DNA of 63,606 nucleotides, filler included, from Octopus bimaculoides (Eukaryota): NCBI RefSeq assembly GCF_001194135.2. It is 6 parts of 6 records of this genome, joined end to end, with 100 filler letters (N's around TTAATTAATTAA, not from the genome) between each part and the next. Parts side by side here need not be neighbours in the genome. Positions count along the whole stretch, not along the records: positions 1 to 5,646 come from NC_069007.1; positions 5,747 to 19,072 come from NC_068995.1; 4 more parts are not named here. One strand, 5' to 3'. Shown piece by piece: positions 1 to 11,660 of this stretch (position 1 is its first letter; each line of letters starts with the position of its first letter). The notes under the pieces were generated by a model. It saw only the letters and a program-made list of their open reading frames with translations, ran no database searches and was not told where the DNA came from. The position numbers and the translations under genes were made by a program.

Positions 1-934
1 AGAAATAAGTGGAAATTTTACCGGTGAGTGTGTTAAATTTTAAGGCACAATAAGAAAATGACTCTCCCCCAGACACAACAGAATTAATTGTTTATGTTAT
101 GATTTTATTTACTGTAGCCAGACTTTGTGGACACCCTGTATTTTACAAAAAAAAAAAAAGAAAAACTTGTTGTTTTTACTGCGGCTGTTGTTATTGTTAT
201 TGTTGTGGCTGCTGTTGCTTTCATTGTGGTTGTTGTTAGTTTCGTTGTTCCTAAGCTGTTCTCGTTATTGTCGGCTTTGTTTCTGCTGGGGTTTTTTTTT
301 TCGCAGTTGCAGTTGTTTTATCGTGGTTGCTTTTTTTTTTTTGTTTTAATATCATTGCTGTTGCTGTTACTGTTGTGAAGGCCGACAGGTCAAGGTCGTT
401 GATTTAAGAGTATAAATGTTGCCATACCTGGTGTTGCTGTCGTTGTTGTAGCTGATGTTATATTGTTGTGATATTTCTTGTAGCTATTGAACGGGGGTTG
501 ACAAGACAACATCATAAATTCTAAGAGCACAAACGCTACTGAGGCAGGTTTCATTGTTGTCACCGGTCGCCGGTCGCCGTTATTGTCGTAGGGAATGAAC
601 GAGGTCGACCGGACACTATCATTAACATAATACTTCAGATGTTATGTATGTTTTCATTGTTGTTGTTGTTGATGCTGTTGCTATGGATTAATTATGCTGA
701 AAAAAATAAAGTCAGTGGCCAAAGATGGTGGAAATAGCAGTAAAAAAATACGAGCAGCTAGCTGTGCAATTATGCAACTGTTTCTGTAGTGACGCATTGT
801 GAACAAGGTATAATTTTTCAATTAATGTAAATGTGAGAAATGGCGAGGTGCAAGTACAACAACGGGTCTAGCTAAACATGTGTGTTCCCTATTGTCTTTA
901 TTTCCTCATAACGTTCGGATAAACGATATTTATC

Positions 935-1200
935 ATTTGCCTTTTGTCATTCATCTTGCTCCAGTCAGTAGACTCCGGCCATGCTGGAGCACTGCTTTGG
1001 AGAGTTTTATGTCGAATGAATCGATCCCAGTGCTTATTCTATCGGTCTCTTTTTGCCGAACCGTTAAGTTACGGGGACATAAACACCATCATCCGGTTGT
1101 CAAGCAGAGGTACGGGACAAACACAAGGACACACACAAATATATGTGTGTGTGTATACATGTGTATATATATATGTATATATATATATGTAAATATGTAC
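935..1200 (-). mobile_element. Octopus-type tRNA-derived SINE family A, 3' half
   Basis: GGCCATGCTGGAGCAC...GAACCGTTAAGTTACGGGGAC block, shared with complete copies at 24104 and 35775. Confidence 0.8.
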
Positions 1201-1439
1201 ATATATATTTGTATATATATNNNNNNNNNNNNNNNNNNNNNNNNNNNNNNNNNNNNNNNNNNNNNNNNNNNNNNNNNNNNNNNNNNNNNNNNNNNNNNNN
1301 NNNNNNNNNNNNNNNNNNNNNNNNNNNNNNNNNNNNNNNNNNNNNNNNNNNNNNNNNNNNNNNNNNNNTATATACACATGTATAATAGAATCTGTTATCC
1401 CCTACACACACGTCCCAAAAATATTTCCACAACAAATTC

Positions 1440-1860
1440 CGATGTAATCAATATTTACACCATCTTAAAGGTATTTGTAGATTTAATTAAAAACTACACA
1501 TATTTCTGAAAGTTATGAGGAAACAAAATCGACACGTGTGAATTATCCGAAACTCCTCTCCTCTCATCTGCAAAATTTTCCCTACAGATCCCGAGATAAT
1601 TGTAATCTACTCCATTTAAAAGGTTTTTGTAGAAAATTTCATTAAAAAATAGCCAATTTTCCGAAAGTTGTGGGGTAACAAATTCGATTCGTGTGAATTA
1701 TACGAAAAAAATCTTCCCTCACATCTCTATCCCCGGAAAAAGTTTTCATAAAACATTCTGATATCATTGGAATCTACATCATTTAAAAGGTATTTGTACG
1801 AAATGTTGATTAAAAATACCCGTTTTTCTGAAAGTTATGAGAAAACAAATTCGGGTTTTG
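1440..1860. repeat. Degenerate tandem repeat, 3 units of ~150-170 bp
   Basis: Core CAT(C/T)T(T/A)AAAGGT(A/T)TTTGTA...TTT(T/C)(C/T)GAAAGTT(A/G)TG...AACAAA(A/T)TCG recurs at ~1460, ~1611, ~1779. Confidence 0.75.
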
Positions 1861-2299
1861 GGGAACATTATCTAATTATATTCGAAAACGTGCAGTTGAC
1901 AGTAAAGTTATGCATCTATTTCTGCAGTGATGCAATGGATGTTAGAAGAATTTATCAATTATTATATATTTGCAAAGAGCAGTACAAAAACGTGCAGCTA
2001 ACACTGCAGTTATGCAACTATTTTTCTGCAGCTCTACAGTTCCACAGCTATAACTTGTTGCAGCCGAATGTCTATTTGTGCTGCTATAACTACAGCGATG
2101 CAATTAACTGCAGAGTTATTCGCCCATGATTATAGTGATGTTATTGAACGTGGAGTTATGCAGCTATAACAGGGGTGCAATTGACTGTGCAGTTGTGAAA
2201 CTATTCCTTTACTCTTTTACGGGTTCCAGTCCCAAAACTATAGCCATTCTGAGACACAACCATTAAATCTCTATCTAGATTATTGCAGCTAACTTTATT

Positions 2300-2512
2300 A
2301 ATTTCAAATTCTGGTACAAGGTGAGCATTTTCGAGAGAGGGTTAAGTCGATTACATCAACCCCGGAGCTCAACTGGTACTTATTTTATCGATCCTAAAGG
2401 AAGAAAGGCAAAGTCGATACCGGCGGAATTTGAATTTAGAACTTAAAGACAGACGAAATGCCACTAAGCATTTTGCCCGACGTGGCACCGATTCTGCCAG
2501 CTCGCCGCTCTT
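2300..2512 (-). mobile_element. tRNA-derived SINE family B
   Basis: Reverse complement begins GGCGAGCTGGCAGAATCGG (A box) and carries a TTCAAATTCC B-box-like motif; same family at 11490, 19975, 20231, 57030, 60285. Confidence 0.8.
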
Positions 2513-4358
2513 TCTGAAGCTAACTTTATTGCTATGTACATGCAACTACATTCATACAATAGACAGTGCACTTACGAAGCTATAACTACCAAGGTGCAGT
2601 TGCTAAAGAAATCTTGCATTAATTGCTGTAGCGGCGCAAGGGAGCAGTTTGCAGTGAAAACGTGACACTATAGTTGTACAGTTATTTGCACAGAGACGGT
2701 TTGGAATTTGGAATCAGGACTTTTCTTCTCCTAGGAGGATTGCCCCATTCCCACTGCAGCAGGTTAATGAGCTCCACCTGCCTGACTGATTTGCTAATTA
2801 AATCATAGCTGGAAACTTGACAGGTGCGGTGCTATTACTCCGGATCAAAGTAAGCTGGGGTACAGTAAAAGCGGTTCTACTGCCGTGCAGGCATATCTGA
2901 TCATCGTGAAGGTTTCGGATGTGAATCCTGAAGAAAAAAATCTGGAGTCGGAGCCCCTGAAGCATTTCGATGTTGTCTACAATTTCCTTCTGGCAATTCT
3001 TGCGACAACGTTGATGCCAAACTGTAACGGCTGTGTTGTTTCTTTGGGTCTCGCAGTGAAATGGAGAGGGGGAGCATGCTTCATCGGCAATAACTTGTCC
3101 TGAATACTCTGCATCCCAGGCTTGGCTCCCATCGAATGCCCAGTACTGCAGAGACTGACGAATACAGCAGAGAAAAGGCGGATACATAGAAAAGAACACC
3201 ATCAGTGAAGTAGCGAGGAAACTGCTCACAAATGTGGTTTGTACGGCAGAGAACGTCATCCGCGCATCAGATTCTACAGTCACAGATGACGTTGTTCCAC
3301 AGGGGTAACAAACTCTCACACGATGTAACAGAACAATATCTTGGCAAAACGTAATTGACAATTCAGCTGTTGCTGTTGAGTCAAGCAATTGACGGATATT
3401 ATAGCTGCTGATGTCAATAAAGTTCATAATTAAATAATGAAGTTAAATTGTGCTTATACACCTTTTTAATCAACTTCGCTGTATGTTCGACACTAACCTC
3501 TAACGGTTCTATAATGGATCTGCTTAGTTTGGCTACCAGTATTTCAGAAATTAAAGTCTATCGAAAATTTTAGAATTTGGCACAATATTGTACATTTCCA
3601 AGCTAAATTGCTGGAGTTGTTTAACTTTTGCCNNNNNNNNNNNNNNNNNNNNNNNNNNNNNNNNNNNNNNNNNNNNNNNNNNNNNNNNNNNNNNNNNNNN
3701 NNNNNNNNNNNNNNNNNNNNNNNNNNNNNNNNNNNNNNNNNNNNNNNNNNNNNNNNNNNNNNNNNNNNNNNNNNNNNNNNNNNNNNNNNNNNNNNNNNNN
3801 NNNNNNNNNNNNNNNNNNNNNNNNNNNNNNNNNNNNNNNNNNNNNNNNNNNNNNNNNNNNNNNNNNNNNNNNNNNNNNNNNNNNNNNNNNNNNNNNNNNN
3901 NNNNGAATAAACATTTGAAAAAAGTAGAGAATTAATCTGGTGTGGAGAGGGAGAAAATTAAAATATTGAGAACGTATTTTGTGGATGAAATTCTAATTTC
4001 CTGTATCACAAACAAAGGAAGTTATGTTATGGCATTCTTTCGTTTGAAGAACTAAAGTTGTCAACTCGACATATATGGGATCAAATGATTATTCGTTAAT
4101 TTCTGTAAAATTGTTTTAATTTTTGCATGCTTTGAAGAGAGCAAAAATTAAAAGAGAGGATAAAGTGAAAAGGTGACATTTGCTTTGAAGTGAAAGGAGA
4201 AAGTAAAAGAGAGAACGTGTAAGATGTACGTGTATATGAAATGGACGTGTGTGAGAGAGAGAGAAAGTGAGGTGAGTGAGTGAGTGAGTGAGTGAGTGAA
4301 GGTGTGTGTTGTGATGTAGGAATTTTTTTGCATGTATGTGTAAGTGGCACTCACTCGC

Positions 4359-4413
<55 letters not shown>

Positions 4414-5432
4414 NNNNNNNNNNNNNNNNNNNNNNNNNNNNNNNNNNNNNNNNNNNNNNNNNNNNNNNNNNNNNNNNNNNNNNNNNNNNNNNNNNNNNNN
4501 NNNNNNNNNNNNNNNNNNNNNNNNNNNNNNNNNNNNNNNNNNNNNNNNNNNNNNNNNNNNNNNNNNNNNNNNNNNNNNNNNNNNNNNNNNNNNNNNNNNN
4601 NNNNNNNNNNNNNNNNNNNNNNNNNTGTGTGTGTGTGTGTGTGTGTGACTGCATTTCCTCATAACATATAGTAAAATGTATGTCTTTTAATGCAATTTTT
4701 TGGGTTGTGGCTTATCTTAATACAATGGAGTTGAATTCTACGCATGCGTGAAACATCTGACGAAAGTGAAACATTAGAAGCAAATCGAAATATTGTCCGG
4801 AAATGACCTCAAAATTGTGCGACTCAACCTAGTTGCTGATATTATTTTAGTTGTAAAAAAGAGTTATTGAGTCAAAAACATAGTTTATTCGGTAGATAGA
4901 TAATAAGCAGCTTCTGTATTATAATGCAGATGTGATTAATTCGGAGAAACATTACTTTCATTATTCACACATCGTCACTCTCATAATGCAACACTTTGTA
5001 ATTTTGGTTCAAATTGAAAGTGTGAAACTATTTTCATTCTCTAATGAAACCTGGTTGTTGTAGAGAAGTGCATTTGAAATAACGATAGCTGGCTGTTGAG
5101 ATAACGTAGAAAATATGTAAATGAAAATAAAGTTTAATGTGGGTAACGAACGCGCGAACACATTCATAAATAAAATATGACGTCATCATCGTTGTGGTGG
5201 TTATATAAAATGTCGTTTACGATAGGTGACTAACAGAAAAATGATACAGTTAATTTTTTGTAATACAAATATGTAAATGGAAATTTAGGTTAGTTGGTAG
5301 CCAAAATCTTACTGAATCTTTTGATACTCCATATATCAAAATCGACAACTAGGATTTGGAATGCATAAGGAACATAAGAACACACACATACAAACATACA
5401 AATTCTCTTTTATAGATATATATATATCCTTT

Positions 5433-5596
5433 TATTATTTTGCTTGTTTGTCATTTGACTGCAGTCATGTTGGAGCACTGCCTTTAGTCGAACAAATCGA
5501 CCCTCTTTTGCTGAACCGCTCAGTTACCGAGATGTAAACATACCAACATCGGTATCAAGCGATGGTAGGGTGCCAAACACAGGCACACAAATCTAT

Positions 5597-5620
<24 letters not shown>
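5433..5620 (-). mobile_element. SINE family A, 3' half
   Basis: CATTTGACTGCAGTCATGTTGGAGCACTGCCTTTAGTCGAACAAATCGACCC matches the family A tail. Confidence 0.75.
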
Positions 5621-5646
<26 letters not shown>

Positions 5647-6389
5647 NNNNNNNNNNNNNNNNNNNNNNNNNNNNNNNNNNNNNNNNNNNNTTAATTAATT
5701 AANNNNNNNNNNNNNNNNNNNNNNNNNNNNNNNNNNNNNNNNNNNNTTTTTTTTTTTTTTTTTTTTTTTTTTTTGGTGGGGCAGGGGTTTGCTTTTTCTG
5801 GCACAATGTACTTCACTGAACATTATACCATAGTGTCATCTTTGAAGACTGTAGAATGTGATTCGAGGTAGATTTGGCTGCTATATCTAGCAGGTTGAAC
5901 AACCATGTAGAGACTTCCTCAATGGTTTGTAGGATTAATGTTGTTGTTATTATCGTCATCAGTTTGTTTGGTGGCCTTGGCAAAAGAGGTTGTGTGGTTG
6001 ACCATATTAAAAGGGCAGAAGACAGATACTTTCCTCTTTGGCCAAGTTCTCATTGACTTTTTCAAGATTCACTTGAAAACGAAAGTAAAAGTAGAAGGGT
6101 AAATTTTGTTTAAAAGTGGATGAATGTGGCAAGAATGGTATGAACGAACGGGGCCTATTCTAAACATGCACCTGCAGATGATGTGGAGGGGGCACTTGCC
6201 CTAGAGGTCAGATCCTGTGTGGTTTCGTAGGGCTTCCATGAGCAGCTCTAGGTAGTCTCCCTCGATTGAGGAATTATTTTTTTGTTAAAATTTGTATTTT
6301 AATAATTTTTTGTTTTTTGCATGTCCTTCATGTACTGTTCCCATCATTTTTTGTGAAACCTTAGTGGTTAATAAAGAAAACATTATTAT

Positions 6390-6760
6390 TGTTATTATTA
6401 TCATTGTTCAGCATTTTGGTGGTTTCAGGTAAATTTCTACTCATCACCTGCTACACCTCCATGTTGCTGGGATGTGTGCAGCATTTGTCTTTTGAGGTGT
6501 GGTGCAGTCTTTTGTTGCATCACTGTTTGTATTGTGTTGAGTGTGTAATGCATTGGTTATCTAGCTTGCTGGTGACAGTTTATTTCATTGGACATTTGCT
6601 GTATAGAGTGAGTCTTGTGTTTGCAGATTGTTTTGTTTGGGTTGTATTACTGGATTAATAGCGTCTTGTGTAGGATGTGGGCTGTTCCTAACAGGGCTAT
6701 TTTTTTGGATAGTGTGTAGTATTGAGGATCCAGGTATAGTTGCTATGTTTATCATTATTA
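6390..6760 (-). mobile_element. R4/Dong non-LTR retrotransposon extreme 3' end plus 3' UTR
   Basis: Minus strand 6740->6647 gives IPGSSILHTIQK-[frameshift]-IALLGTAHILHKTLLIQ*, matching the IQKIALLGTAHILRKTLSIQ* end of the copy at 60.1 kb; degenerate (TAA)n on both sides. Confidence 0.7.
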
Positions 6761-6891
6761 TTATTGTTGTTAATGATTTGTTTTTAAAGGTTGAATTCAA
6801 AGTAGGAAAGCTATATATAATAGCATGTAAACCTTGGGTTTAAAAGCCCCTTAGGGTAGGAAAAGTCAGTGGCTGTCCTTCATTGCCACAC

Positions 6892-8241
6892 TCACACTCG
6901 GTACTCATAGTCTGGGTGGGGGTATGTTTCACGGGGCGGTTCATCTCTGAGAGGTTCTGGAAGTGGATATTCCTCACTGACCCGTTGGCCAGTCTCATCT
7001 ACTGCATAACCCTGTTGTCGAATGCGATGCTGCTGATGCTGATGCTGGTGCGGCTGTTGCTGTGGGTGATGATGGTGGTGATGGTGGTGGTGGTGGTGGG
7101 GGTAGTGCTGCTGCTGTTGTTGTTGTTGTTGCTGTTGCTGTTGGCGGCGCAGTTGACCGGTTTCGTTGTCAGGCAGGTCTTGTTGCGCCACAGCCTGTTG
7201 ATACTGCGACATTAGCGACACTATAGTCTCCATGTCGTACTTCCGCTGCCCACCACAGGACACGTAGCGCACGAACAGGTTGAGCTTCCGGTCAAGGAAC
7301 GTGTAGAGTATCGGCTCGATGGCTGACTGCGTCCAGGCGATGAAGCTGAACGCTTGGTAGANNNNNNNNNNNNNNNNNNNNNNNNNNNNNNNNNNNNNNN
7401 NNNNNNNNNNNNNNNNNNNNNNNNNNNNNNNNNNNNNNNNNNNNNNNNNNNNNNNNNNNNNNNNNNNNNNNNNNNNNNNNNNNNNNNNNNNNNNNNNNNN
7501 NNNNNNNNNNNNNNNNNNNNNNNNNNNNNNNNNNNNNNNNNNNNNNNNNNNNNNNNNNNNNNNNATTGCACGCACGCTGCTCTCCGACACCTTCGGCGCA
7601 TTAGCAAAGCAGATGGAGGAACGAACCAACATGGAGACACGATTCGGTTGGTTGACCTGTATTTCTTTGTACAACCTCGAGATATAGTGTGCCATGGCAA
7701 TTAGTGCCAGACTCACAATTGCTATCCACATCGTATAAGCGACGTAACTCTCCACTTGTCCGAGTATGAAAGAGCAATTTCCAATATCTGGATGAAAACC
7801 GAAGTAGCCTCCGATTAGCGTGGGTCCCAAGTGCAGTATCAAGCTCCCTATGTAAACCATGACTAGCCCGAACAACACACAGCAGAACGTGCCTTTTGCA
7901 TCACCGCCAATGTTCGTTTCTCCGAACGTGTACGCCTCGCAACACACCATGGCAACCATGTTGAATGTATAAACCGTCATGATGACGATGTAAGTGGAGC
8001 CCTCCAGGTCGCAGTTGCTCGGTTGGCGCTGGCTGAGGAGGTTGTTTGCAAACAAGATGCAAAACATGGAGCGGAACTCGTTGAGTAGACAGGCGTGTAC
8101 CAAAAATGCACTGGTCATTCGGCGAAGCGACTTCTTAAAAATGATGCATAGAATCACCAAAGAGTTGAAAAACAATCCAATTCCTGCAATAAAGTACAAG
8201 TAATAAGCTTCCGCATGCCGTGTTGTGTTTTCGGCAGCCAT
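6892..8241 (-). CDS. Class A (rhodopsin-family) orphan GPCR, SREB/GPR27-85-173-like; TM6 region hidden in a 203-N gap
   Basis: 449-aa ORF with hydrophobic TM1-5 and TM7, N-glycosylation sequon NTT, N1.50 (GLFFNSLV), the TM3/ECL2 Cys pair (SNCDL / GNCSF) and TM7 AWTQSAIEPILY. Segment-level similarity recalled from SREB: LVHACLLNEFRSMFC ~ LLDLCCSDILRSAIC; TFCCVLFGLVMVY ~ TFWTCLAVICMVW; AFSFIAWTQSAIEPILYTFLDRKL ~ AAVWMSFAQAGINPFVCIFSNREL. Frame continuity across Ns 7362-7564 is not verifiable. Confidence 0.88.
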   Translation of the reverse strand: MAAENTTRHAEAYYLYFIAGIGLFFNSLVILCIIFKKSLRRMTSAFLVHACLLNEFRSMFCILFANNLLSQRQPSNCDLEGSTYIVIMTVYTFNMVAMVCCEAYTFGETNIGGDAKGTFCCVLFGLVMVYIGSLILHLGPTLIGGYFGFHPDIGNCSFILGQVESYVAYTMWIAIVSLALIAMAHYISRLYKEIQVNQPNRVSMLVRSSICFANAPKVSESSVRAXXXXXXXXXXXXXXXXXXXXXXXXXXXXXXXXXXXXXXXXXXXXXXXXXXXXXXXXXXXXXXXXXXXXXYQAFSFIAWTQSAIEPILYTFLDRKLNLFVRYVSCGGQRKYDMETIVSLMSQYQQAVAQQDLPDNETGQLRRQQQQQQQQQQQQHYPHHHHHHHHHHHPQQQPHQHQHQQHRIRQQGYAVDETGQRVSEEYPLPEPLRDEPPRETYPHPDYEYRV

Positions 8242-10309
8242 TTTGGGTCAATTGTTTTAATTTCCCTTTTTTCTCCTTAAATATCTGTATTTTTCTCTTT
8301 GTCTTTTCTGTGACGATGTCAGATATTTTCCATCATTGATTTGCTCAAGTTCTTTGGAAAATGGAATAAAAAACCAGCAAAGTAGCTCGTAGCTTCAAGA
8401 TTTCTATATGTGATTGTTTTATTTTTAGAGTAAGATTGTAGGGCAAGTGTAAGAAGTCAGATCTGACCGTTTTCGGGTTGGATATGGCCAGATTAAATGC
8501 TTCAAGAGTTGAACTCTGTTAATTGTAATGCTTATTAATTGTTTAAATTAACCATGCATCATATTGTAGCTTTGAGATTTTCCTTGTGTGATTATATGTT
8601 TTTAGAATTGCATTGTAGGGCAAGTGTAAGAGGCCAGACCAGGCCAATTTGAACATATTGTTGTTTATATTGCATATTTTCACAGCTCTATGCTGGTTTG
8701 TTTTGGTGGTGTTACTTTTACTCTGTTATTATTATTATTATCATTATTATTGGAAGAAGGCACTTCCAATGCCTTTGAGACAGCAGAATAAATAATCCAA
8801 GACTTTCTGTATGGGGTTTTCTCCAAATTACCCTTGGTGTACTGTCCTATCATTAGGGATTCTATTTATATATTTATCTTCCTGAATTCTATTTCAAACT
8901 CTTGTGTTATATTCTTCTTCTTGTTGTTTCCTGTTATCATCAATATAATCCCCCACCTTTTTGTGTGTTGTATTTTCTCCTTTGATATTGCCATCAATGT
9001 ATTGGGCTCCTGTGGTCAATAAAATAAACCATTATTGATGTTGTTATTATTATTATTATTTTTATCATATGTTTATTTTCTTTCTATGTCTTATTGTATA
9101 TCACATATACTTTCTTATTATTTTTTCTCATATATTCACATATATATATATATATATATCATTCCATTGCTTGTAAATCCCCATATTTTATGCCTGTTGT
9201 TGCATTGACTCCCCTCATTTGTTGCCCTGGTGGCAAATAAAATAGATAAATTATTATTATTATTAATATTATTATTTACTTCTCAGAGCTCTTGATTTTA
9301 CCTTGGTTAATTCTTTGAGAGCATCCAGCAACCTGTTGTCAAAGTCTCATGGGTCCTCTCAAGGTCCTCTATGGATTATAAGGCTTGGTGCCCGAATGTT
9401 TAATATTGTGGAAGATATTATTATTATTATTATTATTATTCCATTTGGAAAGGAAAAATATGTTGTTATTGTTATTATTAAATCTGCTGTTAAATAGAAT
9501 CTCGGATTGGGCTGGGCACTATGACATGACGTTTTCAACGGTGTATTGATTGGCCGTCTTCAAATTCAATCTCACTCCAAGAGTTTCCTTGAGGCTGCCG
9601 TTTAGCTCCATCTTCACGGAATCACAGATCTGGCAGCGTTATGGCAACAACAATGGTGGTGACGGTAATGATGGTGGAGACAGTGGTGGTGGTGGCTGAA
9701 GTGGTGGTATAGATGGTGATGATAATGTAGGTGGTGGTGATGGTGTTGGTGTTGGTGATGAGGGCAACAGTAGTGTGGTGGTGGTGGTGGTGGTGGTAGT
9801 GGTGGCTGCAGTGGTGGTATTGGTGGTGAGGATAATGTGGGTGGTGGTGGTNNNNNNNNNNNNNNNNNNNNNNNNNNNNNNNNNNNNNNNNNNNNNNNNN
9901 NNNNNNNNNNNNNNNNNNNNNNNNNNNNNNNNNNNNNNNNNNNNNNNNNNNNNNNNNNNNNNNNNNNNNNNNNNNNNNNNNNNNNNNNNNNNNNNNNNNN
10001 NNNNNNNNNNNNNNNNNNNNNNNNNNNNNNNNNNNNNNNNNNNNNNNNNNNNNNNNNNNNNNNNNNNNNNNNNNNNNNNNNNNNNNNNNNNNNNNNNNNN
10101 NNNNNNNNNNNNNNNNNNNNNNNNNNNNNNNNNNNNNNNNNNNNNNNNNNNNNNNNNNNNNNNNNNNNNNNNNNNNNNNNNNNNNNNNNNNNNNNNNNNN
10201 NNNNNNNNNNNNNNNNNNNNNNNNNNNNNNNNNNNNNNNNNNNNNNNNNNCTTCCGATCTCTCTCCTTCTCCCTCTCCCTCTCCCTCGCTTTCTTTTATA
10301 CAAATAACA

Positions 10310-11179
10310 GCTTTGATAATCCTGTTAGTATAGTATTTCTGGTTATCTGCTAATCCTCTTACTATTGCATTTATTGATGCTTTGATAATCCCGTTATCAC
10401 TGTGCTTCACTGACCATCGGATTATCTGTGTATGATAATCTTATCCCTCGGTGTTTGATAATCCTGTTATTATTCTGTTTGTTGGTCCCTGATAATCTTA
10501 TTATCATGGCATCTCGTATATCTGATAATCCTGCTTTTTATTGTATATTTTGGCATTTGACAATCCTATAATCCCTGTTTGATAATCCTCTCATCAGTAT
10601 GTATTTTGATGTTTGATAATTCTGTTCTGTTCTGCCCTTCAATGTCTGATAATATAAGTTACCCCTGTGTCGTGTCTCTGATGTTTGATAATCCTGATTT
10701 TACTGTGCACCTCAACGTTTGATGATCCTGTTATCACAAATCGCTTTATTGTTTGATAATCCTTTTTTTATCACTGTATTTCTTATGTTTGATAATCCTG
10801 TTATCGGTGGATTTTGATGTTTGATGAGGCTGTTCTCAACACTGTTTCCCCTCAATGTTTGACGATTTTATTATCCCTGCATGTTTTACGTCTGATAACC
10901 CTGTTATCAGTGGATTTTAATATATGATGATTCTTTTATCACTGTTTCTCAATAGTGTGTCCCTCTATGTTTGATGCTTCTTTTATCACTGTTTCTCAAT
11001 AGTGTGTCCCTCTATGTTTGATGATTCTTTTATCACTGTTTCTCAATAGTGTGTCCCTCTATGTTTGATGATTCTTTTATCACTGTTTCTCAATAGTGTG
11101 TCCCTCTATGTTTGATGATTCTTTTATCACTGTTTCTCAATAGTGTGTCCCTCTATGTTTGATGATTCTTTTATCACTG
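10310..11179. repeat. Minisatellite array: diverged ~35-70-bp TTTGATAATCCTGTTAT units grading into five near-identical 47-bp units
   Basis: 47-bp unit TTTCTCAATAGTGTGTCCCTCTATGTTTGATGATTCTTTTATCACTG starts at 10945, 10992, 11039, 11086, 11133 (one mismatch in unit 1); older units in 10310-10944. Confidence 0.9.
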
Positions 11180-11489
11180 TGTATCTTATGTCTTCCGCTG
11201 TTGCAGTTATAGGCTTCTGTTCCTCTCAGGGACCAGTTATGGCTGATGGTGTGGCTTCGAAATGGCACTGTGCCGTTTTAAGCAGTCGCACAAGAAGAAT
11301 TAACAAAGGAACGAATGCAACAACGAAGGGCTCTGTAAATGAGCAAGACGTCTTCTGCTTCCTGCTGTATCTCTGCTGCAGCTCAACTGTACTTCCACTG
11401 CATCTCTACTGCCTGGCCATTATTCACTGGAACAAGAAAGAGAATGCAAAATAATGATGATAATAATAACAACAAAAATAATAATGGTT

Positions 11490-11660
11490 TCAGATTTTGG
11501 CACAAAGCCAGCAATTTTTGTTGGGTGGGGCGGGGCATAAGTTGGTAACATTAAACCCCTGTGCCCCAACTTTTCGACCCCCCGAAAAGACGAAAGGTAA
11601 AGTTGACCTCAGCAGCAATTGAACTCAGAATCTAAAGAGAGGTGAAACGCTGCTAAGTTC
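11490..11660 (-). mobile_element. SINE family B, internally deleted
   Basis: TTTTGGCACAAAGCCAGCAATTTT...AAAGGTAAAGTTGACCTCAGCAGCAATTGAACTCAGAA. Confidence 0.7.

Noticed and set aside
4695-5425. Possible Helitron/Helentron-derived non-autonomous element ending in TTTTATAGATATAT
   Set aside because: No subterminal hairpin or inverted repeat could be confirmed.
10945-11179. Regular repeats that could be mistaken for a CRISPR array
   Set aside because: Units are contiguous with no unique spacers, there are no cas genes, and the context is eukaryotic.
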